Of a DNA stretch of 64,000 nt, positions 10,009 through 17,665 are shown piece by piece. The stretch lies in contig CAVYYZ010000012.1 in assembly GCA_963772835.1 (NCBI GenBank), forward strand, positions 96,001-160,000, in the 5' to 3' direction. The DNA comes from an uncultured delta proteobacterium (GTDB taxonomy: Bacteria > Desulfobacterota > Desulfuromonadia > Geobacterales > Pseudopelobacteraceae). Numbering within the stretch: the first letter of the stretch is position 1; every line of letters begins with the position of its first letter. A program made the position numbers and the translations under genes. The notes under the pieces were generated by a model. It was not told where the DNA came from and searched no databases. It worked only from the letters and a program-made list of their open reading frames with translations.

Positions 10009-10782
10009 CTAACGCACCTCCTGGGCAAGCCCTATGTAGAAGGCCTGAGGCTTTGTTCCGAATTCGTCTTTAAGTACCCCGACACGCTCATTCATGATGA
10101 TTTTGGTAATGGGATCGTTTTTATCGTGAATATTACCCATCTTACGGGCGCCGAAGGGGCAGGCGTTGACACATGCCGAGTCCAGCCCTTTACTGAGGCG
10201 ATGATAGCAGAAGGTGCACTTGTCAGCGACATTATACACCGGGTGGAAAAAACGGGCGCCGTACGGGCACGCCATAATGCAATAACCGCATCCGATACAC
10301 CACGTCCGGTCAACCAGAACGACTCCATCATCCGTTTTATACGTAGCCCCGACCGGGCAGACCTGCGTACAGGCGGGGGACGAGCAGTGATTGCAGAGCT
10401 TGGGGACAAAGAACGCCTTACCCACATTTTCCTTATCAATTTCCTTGAACTCACCCCGGCCAAGATCGATGCGGGATTCAGTGTACCCGTAAAGTGCACC
10501 ATCAGGGCTGTCTACGTACCGCTTGTCATCTTTCGTGTATACGTATCTCTCCACCCAGGTCCGGGTGACATGAGCGTCAAAGGGAATATCATTCTCGGTC
10601 TTGCACGCTTTTACGCAAAATCCGCAACCGACGCACTTGTTGGTATCAACCAGGAACGCCCACTGGATATCGGGATTGTCAGCGAACACCTTTTTGGGGT
10701 CGATCAGCGTCAGGGCCGAAACGGGCACTGATGCACCGACAACGACCAGAATACATTTCTGCAGAAATTCTCGCCTCTCCAT
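10009..10782 (-). CDS. NrfC/DmsB-type 4Fe-4S protein with Tat-like leader (CbcT-like)
   Basis: MERREFL; CVGCGFCVKAC, CNHC..PAC..VCP, CIGCGYCIMACP, CTFC...CVNACP. Confidence 0.92.
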   Translation of the reverse strand: MERREFLQKCILVVVGASVPVSALTLIDPKKVFADNPDIQWAFLVDTNKCVGCGFCVKACKTENDIPFDAHVTRTWVERYVYTKDDKRYVDSPDGALYGYTESRIDLGRGEFKEIDKENVGKAFFVPKLCNHCSSPACTQVCPVGATYKTDDGVVLVDRTWCIGCGYCIMACPYGARFFHPVYNVADKCTFCYHRLSKGLDSACVNACPFGARKMGNIHDKNDPITKIIMNERVGVLKDEFGTKPQAFYIGLAQEVR

Positions 10783-11273
10783 TATTTCATTCCCTCCAGA
10801 CTGGGATTATGCGGATTGTGACATTTGACGCACTCTAAACCGGTGTTGTGGGTCTTGGGGTTGATGCCGGGTATACGGTGCCGCTCACTTGTCGTATAGG
10901 GGAGATCAGTGTGACAGCGGAGGCAAAGCCCACGGCTGCGGTCGATCGTCAGCTTCTCGGGGTTTTCAGGGTGGTTCATGGCCGGCCCGTGACAGTCTTC
11001 ACAGGGGATTATACCGTGAAGCTTCTCCGAACGGAGCTTGACGATGGCGCCATGACATGCACTACAGTATTCATGCATTCTCTCACGGCCTGAAGTGCCG
11101 TATTTCGCCGCTTGATTCTTCCACTCCATCTCGTTCGACTTACGGTGGAAAGAGTACATGAAACCCCTCTTCCCCGAACCGAAGTCGTTCGGAACATAGA
11201 AGAAGCGAAAGACCAGTAACGCAACGACAAATGCAATGACCACGTACAGTGGTCGCCAGACATGACTTTTCAC
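10782..11273 (-). CDS. Membrane-anchored tetraheme cytochrome c (CbcS-like)
   Basis: N-terminal TM; CSACH, CEDCH, CLRCH, CVKCH; GTG start inferred from a purine-rich RBS. Confidence 0.88.
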   Translation of the reverse strand: MKSHVWRPLYVVIAFVVALLVFRFFYVPNDFGSGKRGFMYSFHRKSNEMEWKNQAAKYGTSGRERMHEYCSACHGAIVKLRSEKLHGIIPCEDCHGPAMNHPENPEKLTIDRSRGLCLRCHTDLPYTTSERHRIPGINPKTHNTGLECVKCHNPHNPSLEGMK

Positions 11274-11466
11274 TCTCTCTCCCTCTTGCCATAACAAAAT
11301 TGGCTGCTGAAATTACCTAAAAAGAACCCTGCCGGTAAAGCACGGCCGAAAATAGAACGATATTTGTATCCATGTCAACAACTAATTCAGCATTTGAAGC
11401 GAAACTATTCCATTATTTCAATGATGGCGGGGCGATTCAGTGCGACAGAATAAAACGTTCATACTG

Positions 11467-12774
11467 TTACACAGCAGTTTCGGAATCGGGGCCAATCAAC
11501 TCCGGCCTCTGCTCCGGGTGCTGCTGTACCAGGAACAGCTGATCGCCAATGAAGGAGGTGACACCATCGTCGGCGACATGGAAATCCCCGTTCATGATCG
11601 GTATGGCAACTCGCAGCAGCATGGTGAAAACAAACAGACCGGTGGCCCAGATACCCATTGAGAGGAGCAGTTCGATTCCAGATGGCGCGTACTCATAAAT
11701 TTCGTGCAATACATCAGGAATAAAACCGGGTATTACCAATCCCATTCCCTTCTCGATATACACACCGATGAAAACAAGAATGCACCCCATTATCAGGGTA
11801 ACATTATTCCTGCGTGTTGCCGGGTTCAGGAAGAGAATAAAAGCGGTGACATTAAAGATCATCGCCGTCCAGATCCAGGGGACCAGAGCTGAATGGCCGT
11901 GCAGCCCCTGGAAAAGATACTGAAAGGAGTCCAAATGGACTGTATCGGTATAATATTCCTTGAATAGTTCTGATCCGAGCAGGAGCAGATTTATGAACAT
12001 GGCGTACGCAATTATTTCTGCGATCTTCTGTATGGCCTCGTCTTCGATTTTGAATTTTGTGTATTTCCGTATCAGGAAAAAAATAATTATCATGAAAGCC
12101 GGCCCGGAACAAAAAGCCGAGGCAAGAAAACGAGGAACGAGGATTGAGGAATTCCAGAAGGGCCGTGCCCCGAGACCGTTGTAGAGGAAAGCGGTCACGG
12201 TGTGGATCGATATTGCCGAAGGAATCGAAAGTAAAAGAAGCGGGGTGGTGAACTTTTTGTTTGGTTCCCGTTTGTAGTAACGGTTGTAAAGAATATAAAC
12301 CGACACCGTAAGATTTATGATCAAATAAGTATTGAGCACCACCACGTCCCATGCCAGAAGCGACTGGGGGAAGTTGAGAAGACCGACCTTGGGAATCAGG
12401 TGCCAGAAGCGCTCAGGGTGTCCGATATCCACCGTAACAAACATCAGGCACATGACAATTGCCGATACGGCCAGCAATTCACCCAGAACAGCGATCTCTT
12501 TGATCGGCTTCCAGTGGTAGACATAGGCCGGAATAACGAGTAACACCGCCGCCGCCGCAACACCGACAAGAAATGTGAAGTTGGAGATGTAAAAGCCCCA
12601 GGAGACCTGATCCCTCATGTTTGTTACGATGAGTCCTTCATTCAGCTGCTGCACGTACGCATATGCACCGATTGCCATCAACCCCAAGAGGAAAATAACC
12701 CAGCAGTAGTAGGCCTTGCTCCCCTTGGAAATCAGCACCATCGTGCCCATATAAAAGTGCCAGATGTTTTTCAT
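11467..12774 (-). CDS. NrfD/DsrP/ActC-like membrane subunit
   Basis: WGFYISNFTFLVGVAAA, VDIGHPERFW, LHTVTA-like (IHTVTAFL), RPFWNS; about 10 TMs. Confidence 0.9.
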   Translation of the reverse strand: MKNIWHFYMGTMVLISKGSKAYYCWVIFLLGLMAIGAYAYVQQLNEGLIVTNMRDQVSWGFYISNFTFLVGVAAAAVLLVIPAYVYHWKPIKEIAVLGELLAVSAIVMCLMFVTVDIGHPERFWHLIPKVGLLNFPQSLLAWDVVVLNTYLIINLTVSVYILYNRYYKREPNKKFTTPLLLLSIPSAISIHTVTAFLYNGLGARPFWNSSILVPRFLASAFCSGPAFMIIIFFLIRKYTKFKIEDEAIQKIAEIIAYAMFINLLLLGSELFKEYYTDTVHLDSFQYLFQGLHGHSALVPWIWTAMIFNVTAFILFLNPATRRNNVTLIMGCILVFIGVYIEKGMGLVIPGFIPDVLHEIYEYAPSGIELLLSMGIWATGLFVFTMLLRVAIPIMNGDFHVADDGVTSFIGDQLFLVQQHPEQRPELIGPDSETAV

Positions 12775-12794
12775 GGTTGCTCCCTGACGACGAA

Positions 12795-13721
12795 TTAGGT
12801 TGCGTAGAAATAGTAGAACTTGGGCTGCGTGTTCAGATCTTCCTTGAAGATGAAGACACGTTTGTTCTCTATCAGGTAGCGGATCTCACTTTCGGGGTCG
12901 AGAAGATTGCCGAACTTGCGGGCTCCGACCGGGCAGATCTCCTCGCAGGCAGGGTAACGGCCCGGCTGCTCACGAGTCCGCTGAACACAGAACGTACATT
13001 TTTCTACAACCCCTTTCGGACGGGGGCGATTGCCGAGATAATGAGTGTTGGGATTGATCTCAGCAGAAGGGATTGACGGTTTGGCCCAGTTAAAGTGCCG
13101 AGCACCGTAGGGGCAGGCGGCCATGCAGTATCGGCAACCGATGCACCAGTTATAATCGACAACGACAATCCCATCGTTTTCCTTCCAGGTCGCTTGAACC
13201 GGACAGACCTTGGTGCAGGGTGGATTTTCGCACTGCTGGCACTGAACTGGCATGTAGAAGTGCCCTTTTTCGGGGACTGTAGCCGGATTATAGTAATGCT
13301 CGGCTTGTGACAGGTCGACACCCTTTTCCTTGTTCAACTGTATGACCCGGATCCACTGAATTTGAGGGGTGCGCGACTGGTTATTTTCTTTAACACAGGC
13401 ATAGACGCAACGGCGACACCCGATACAACGGGAGAGATCAAGACCGTACCCGTAGCGGACACCTTCAATCGGCGGAGTTGTCTTGACGGTGACCTGCTTG
13501 CCGTACTGTTTACTGTAATCCTTTTCCAGGCGAGAGATTACCCCCTTGAGCTCGTCTTTTGAGAGTTCACGAAAATGTTTCTGGAAAAATTCCTCCCAGA
13601 CGGATGCAGAGGCATCTCTGCCTGGCATGGCAAGAAGGCCGATACCCGCCGCCAGGCCTTTCAACACTTTGCGACGGGACTTATGCAGAACGTGATCATC
13701 ACATTGTTTTGTATCTGACAT
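12795..13721 (-). CDS. 4Fe-4S dicluster protein (NrfC/DsrO-like) with twin-arginine-like leader
   Basis: SRRKVLKG; CIGCRRC, CQQCENPPC, CIGCRYCMAACP, EKCTFC, CEEICP. Confidence 0.92.
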   Translation of the reverse strand: MSDTKQCDDHVLHKSRRKVLKGLAAGIGLLAMPGRDASASVWEEFFQKHFRELSKDELKGVISRLEKDYSKQYGKQVTVKTTPPIEGVRYGYGLDLSRCIGCRRCVYACVKENNQSRTPQIQWIRVIQLNKEKGVDLSQAEHYYNPATVPEKGHFYMPVQCQQCENPPCTKVCPVQATWKENDGIVVVDYNWCIGCRYCMAACPYGARHFNWAKPSIPSAEINPNTHYLGNRPRPKGVVEKCTFCVQRTREQPGRYPACEEICPVGARKFGNLLDPESEIRYLIENKRVFIFKEDLNTQPKFYYFYAT

Positions 13722-13760
13722 GAATCGTGCTCCCCGGTGTACGAAATATTTCTTCCTGTT

Positions 13761-14378
13761 TCAGTGGCCGGCTTTTCCCGGCCGGTCGGGCGGCGGAAGG
13801 GGTTTCAGCGCTTTAAACTTCGGATCGTGCGGATTATGGCAGTGGACACAGAGCAGATACTGTTTGTCACCGTTCCAGAAACCGGTCCTCTTGCCGTGAA
13901 CCCCCACCTTCCAGTCGCGAAACTTGTCACCATGGCATTGACCGCACAACCGGTACGACGCTTCGAAATCAATCAGTTCACCGGATACCAGCCGAAGCTT
14001 GTCCCGATTCACAAGGTTGTGACAATCCGTACACCAGCGCTGTCCTTCGGCATGATGAAGCACTATTTCAGTATGATATTCGGTAAGTACCCTGCGCTGA
14101 GGGTTGGGCTTCATATAGGAATGACACTGGGAACAGGGAAATATGCCTTCTGTAAAGGGCGGTCGGGGAACTGCAAAAATTTTATCTTTCGGACGATTTT
14201 TTATGTCGTAAACAGCTTGCGGTTGCTGTTCTGCCGCGGACATCTCCGTAACTGTCAGTTTCCCCGAACGGTCAAACTCTTTTACCCTGATGGCATGCAC
14301 CAGCTCCGCGGTCAGAAACACAACTGAAACCATGGCGAATAAAACTAACTTGGGACGAGCAAAACAAAGTATTTTCAT
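13761..14378 (-). CDS. Tetraheme cytochrome c with N-terminal signal/anchor
   Basis: CSQCH, CTDCH, CGQCH, CVHCH; start MKILCF with GAGG RBS. Confidence 0.88.
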   Translation of the reverse strand: MKILCFARPKLVLFAMVSVVFLTAELVHAIRVKEFDRSGKLTVTEMSAAEQQPQAVYDIKNRPKDKIFAVPRPPFTEGIFPCSQCHSYMKPNPQRRVLTEYHTEIVLHHAEGQRWCTDCHNLVNRDKLRLVSGELIDFEASYRLCGQCHGDKFRDWKVGVHGKRTGFWNGDKQYLLCVHCHNPHDPKFKALKPLPPPDRPGKAGH

Positions 14379-14785
14379 CTCAACCTCAATGTTGTCTAAC
14401 AGGGCATAGTTTACCGGATATATCGTCTTTTGTATTTCAGTGATATGAAAGTCAAGACCTTTTGTCAATACAAAAACATTTTTAAATAACACGGTTTGTC
14501 AAGGGGCGTTATGGCTGTAAATATCTATCGTGCAAGGGACTTGAATACTGCTAAAGTCAGGTGGATGTTCATCTGCATCGGTTGATTATTATTGCAAATA
14601 ACCTTATAGGGAGTATATCTGACCATAATTGAAATGCTTGCAGGGTATTTCCGCAACGGATAAAGACGTGATTTGCCCGGATATCCGGTTTTCACCCGGA
14701 GAGGGCGAGTCCGACTCGGTCTGGGAACCGGATATCAAGACTGTAACAGAATTGAATGCCTTGCATGAAATAAAGGAGGGTTTGT

Positions 14786-15103
14786 ATGAGCCGGATTACG
14801 ACAGGTGTGGTTGCGGTGGTCGCTGTTCTTTTTGCGGGCTCTGTCCAGGCGATCCAACCCGGAAAAACCGTAACGTGGGACACTCCCATGGGCAAAGTTG
14901 TCTTCAATGGGAAAAATCATGCTGATGCAAAAGTTAAATGCCTGGACTGCCATTCCAAGATCTTTAAAATGAAGAAGGGGTCATCCAAGTTTAAAATGGC
15001 TGATATAAATGCGGGAAAATTTTGCGGGAAATGTCATAATGGCACGCGGGCATTTGCTTCAAACGACAAGGACAATTGCGAAATCTGTCACAAAAAAAAG
15101 TGA
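14786..15103 (+). CDS. Periplasmic triheme c7-type cytochrome (single His/Met-type domain)
   Basis: Signal peptide; CLDCH, CGKCH, CEICH; FKMADINAGKFCG pattern; AAGGAGG RBS. Confidence 0.9.
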   Translation: MSRITTGVVAVVAVLFAGSVQAIQPGKTVTWDTPMGKVVFNGKNHADAKVKCLDCHSKIFKMKKGSSKFKMADINAGKFCGKCHNGTRAFASNDKDNCEICHKKK

Positions 15104-15327
15104 CCTCCTCTCTGAACGGGTCAGAATGTATTAAGCAGTACCCGGTAAGTAGAGTTTACACAATACCATCACATTAATTCCCGAGGGTACCACTAAAGAC
15201 GGCGTTTCCCTTTTTTAGCAAGATCCTCCGCGCAAACGCCATCAACGCAGGTAGTGTTTGCACAGTACCGATGAATAACACTCTCCTTAAAACCGCAATC
15301 TCAATTCACAGTATTATCAATTTACAA

Positions 15328-15356
15328 TTGACGATTTCCATATCGATATGTATAGT
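15328..15356 (+). promoter_or_regulatory. Sigma70-like promoter of the dodecaheme cytochrome with a palindrome in the spacer
   Basis: TTGACG-N17-TATAGT; spacer contains the perfect palindrome CATATCGATATG (15339-15350). Confidence 0.6.
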
Positions 15357-15402
15357 TCACCACTTGTATACGTTGTTTATTTTACACAGAGGAGTCGGGG
15401 CA

Positions 15403-16428
15403 ATGCGAAAATTACTGGTACTTACATCCCTCGTGCTTTTACTTCTGACTGCTGCCATCTGCGGGGCGGCCGAGTACAAGGATGTCACCTTTACATTTAA
15501 AAATGCCGGGCCGGTCGTCTTCAGCCATGAATTCCATCTGAAAAAGTACTTTAATAACTGTAAAATCTGCCACAATGCGATTTACAACCTGAAAAACAAA
15601 AAACGCTTCACTATGGCTGAAATGGAGAAGACTAAATCCTGCGGTGGATGCCATAGTGGTGTCAAGGCATTCAGCGTCGCCAGCGAGCAGGACTGTTCCC
15701 GCTGTCACAGCGGCAAACCGAGGGATGTTACATTCGCGGTAAGAGGTGTTGCCAATGCCGTATTCAGCCACTCCACCCACATAGCCAAAACCGGCGGCGC
15801 CTGCAAAGGGTGTCACAACGGCATTGTTATAACCGGCAAGGAAAAAACGGTGACCATGGCAGAAATGGAAAAAGGGCGGACCTGCGGCGCATGCCACAAT
15901 GGAAAACGCGCCTTTGACGTTTCTGCCAACTGTGACCGCTGCCACAAGGGGCTTAAACCTAAAGAGGTAACTTTCAACCTGAAAGGGGTGGCCGCTGCCA
16001 CTTTCAGCCATGAATTCCATACCCAGGCATTCAGCTGCAAAGAGTGCCACACCAAAACATTTCCGTACAAAGCCGTTGTCGGCAAAGCGACCATGGATGA
16101 TATGGGTAAAGGGAAGTCCTGTGGAATCTGTCACAACGGTAAGGATGCTTTTGCTTCATCAGGTGATTGTGGAAAATGCCATAAGGGGTTGAAGCCTCCG
16201 ATCGTCAAATTCAAGACTGATGGCGGTGAGGCAACTTTCAGTCACGAATTTCATCTGCAAAACTACAAATGTTCCGATTGCCACACCAAGATATTTCCAT
16301 TCAAGGCCGGAGCTTTAAAAGCAACAATGAGCGACATGGAGTCCGGCAAATCGTGCGGCGCATGCCACAACAAGGGCAAGGATGCCTTCCCGGTACAGGA
16401 TGATTGTGGCAAGTGCCACAAAATGTAG
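15403..16428 (+). CDS. Dodecaheme cytochrome c built from four tandem c7-type domains
   Basis: Signal peptide; 12 CxxCH; four FSH..H / TM..M..GKSCG.CH repeats; start MRKLLV with GAGGAG RBS. Confidence 0.93.
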   Translation: MRKLLVLTSLVLLLLTAAICGAAEYKDVTFTFKNAGPVVFSHEFHLKKYFNNCKICHNAIYNLKNKKRFTMAEMEKTKSCGGCHSGVKAFSVASEQDCSRCHSGKPRDVTFAVRGVANAVFSHSTHIAKTGGACKGCHNGIVITGKEKTVTMAEMEKGRTCGACHNGKRAFDVSANCDRCHKGLKPKEVTFNLKGVAAATFSHEFHTQAFSCKECHTKTFPYKAVVGKATMDDMGKGKSCGICHNGKDAFASSGDCGKCHKGLKPPIVKFKTDGGEATFSHEFHLQNYKCSDCHTKIFPFKAGALKATMSDMESGKSCGACHNKGKDAFPVQDDCGKCHKM

Positions 16429-16453
16429 ATGTGACAAAAAACAGTCTTCGTTT

Positions 16454-16504
16454 AAAAGTCAGTCAGGGGCGGAGGGCATCTGCTTTCGCCCCTGACTGAC
16501 TTTT
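16454..16504 (+). terminator. Intrinsic terminator
   Basis: AAAAGTCAGTCAGGGGCG/CGCCCCTGACTGACTTTT stem. Confidence 0.8.
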
Positions 16505-16559
16505 AAGCGCAGCAAGAGCAATCTGGACTTTTCGCCGGATACAGGCATCAGGACCGCAT

Positions 16560-16871
16560 ATGAAAATAATGTCACTCATAATTCTGGTACTGCTCTTGCT
16601 CCAGCCGTTTGCATGTTTTGCCCATCCGTGTGATTCATTTCAAGACATCCCTCATTCCGCTGATACTTCAGGCCAATCGGGAAGCCATACTCCCGGCCAT
16701 GATGATGACGGATGTGACTCGACAGTATGCTGTGCTGAATATGTACATCTTGACTCCGGAATCACGATCATCTATGCGCCGCTTGTTTCCGTAAACAATC
16801 TGCCCGTGCCGTATCAAAAGCTGCCGCCGGTGGTCATCCCAATATTTATCCCCCCGCAAAATCTCGCCTGA
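16560..16871 (+). CDS. Small exported His/Cys-rich protein with Pro-rich tail (DUF2946/CzcI-like architecture)
   Basis: Hydrophobic N-terminus, HPC..H..H..HDDDGCDSTVCC, C-terminal PIFIPPQ. Confidence 0.6.
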   Translation: MKIMSLIILVLLLLQPFACFAHPCDSFQDIPHSADTSGQSGSHTPGHDDDGCDSTVCCAEYVHLDSGITIIYAPLVSVNNLPVPYQKLPPVVIPIFIPPQNLA

Positions 16872-16982
16872 ACGAACTCCGAGACTCTACACCCGTAACA
16901 ATCCAGACAAAGCAGTTTCCAAGTAAAATAGCATTTCGAATGATTTTAGAAAAAATGTACGGTGCATATGCGCCCTGTAACT

Positions 16983-17027
16983 TTTTTTGTGCAGGCAGTT
17001 GTACTTTTCCGTCTAGCTGGTAGCATT
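16983..17027 (+). promoter_or_regulatory. Putative promoter upstream of the ppcA-like gene (copy 1 of a 45-bp motif)
   Basis: TTGTAC-N16-TAGCAT with TG extension; 36/45 identical to 17573-17617. Confidence 0.55.
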
Positions 17028-17207
17028 AGACAGACGGTCTACATAATAACACTGAATTAAGGCGCCAGACCGGTGAGTAGTGCGGCATCTGTGTATTATT
17101 TCGCAGATTTCATCTCTCCGGTACAGGCGGGAACATGGAACAATATCTGTAAAGTAGCATTACTTACTGCACACCTGTGCAGACACCCAGAATAAAGGAG
17201 AACTCGC

Positions 17208-17474
17208 ATGAAAAAAATGATCATCGTTGTACTGTCCGTAACCGTTTTTGCTGGATCTGCGTTTGCCGCTGACGTAATGGAGATGAAAAAGGGAGTTACC
17301 TTCAAACATAAGGCACATGCCGAGGCGCTTAAAGATTGCACAAAGTGCCATGAAAAAGCCGAAGGAGGTAAAATTGAGGGTTTCGGAAAGGATTTTGCCC
17401 ACAAGAAGTGCAAAGAGTGCCATAGCGAAATGAAGAAGGGCCCCACAAACTGTAAAGGGTGTCATCCCAAGTAG
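17208..17474 (+). CDS. PpcA-family periplasmic triheme cytochrome c7
   Basis: Signal peptide ..AFAAD; VTFKHKAH, CTKCH, GKIEGFGKDFAH, CKECH, GPTNCKGCH. Confidence 0.95.
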   Translation: MKKMIIVVLSVTVFAGSAFAADVMEMKKGVTFKHKAHAEALKDCTKCHEKAEGGKIEGFGKDFAHKKCKECHSEMKKGPTNCKGCHPK

Positions 17475-17547
17475 CGGCTGTCCCGGCAGTACTTAAAACC
17501 AGGGAGAGGCCTTGCTGGTAACTTTCAGCTGGTAACAGAAAAAACCG

Positions 17548-17580
17548 GGGTGACAGACAGTACCTGTCACCCTTTTTTTT
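17548..17580 (+). terminator. Intrinsic terminator after the ppcA-like gene
   Basis: GGGTGACAG/CTGTCACCC plus T8. Confidence 0.8.
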
Positions 17581-17617
17581 GCACACGGTTGTGCTTTTTC
17601 ATTTAACTGGTAGCATT
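17573..17617 (+). promoter_or_regulatory. Putative promoter upstream of the cbcL-like gene (copy 2 of the 45-bp motif)
   Basis: TTGTGC-N16-TAGCAT with TG extension. Confidence 0.55.
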
Positions 17618-17665
17618 GATTGGATGTGACCACAAAGTCACTGAAATGCAGGTGTCGGAATAAAT

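Noticed and set aside
15403..16428. Repeated DNA motifs (TTCAGCCA.GAATT.CAT, TG.GG.GC.TGCCACAA) as a DNA repeat array
   Set aside because: Explained by the four tandem c7 protein domains.
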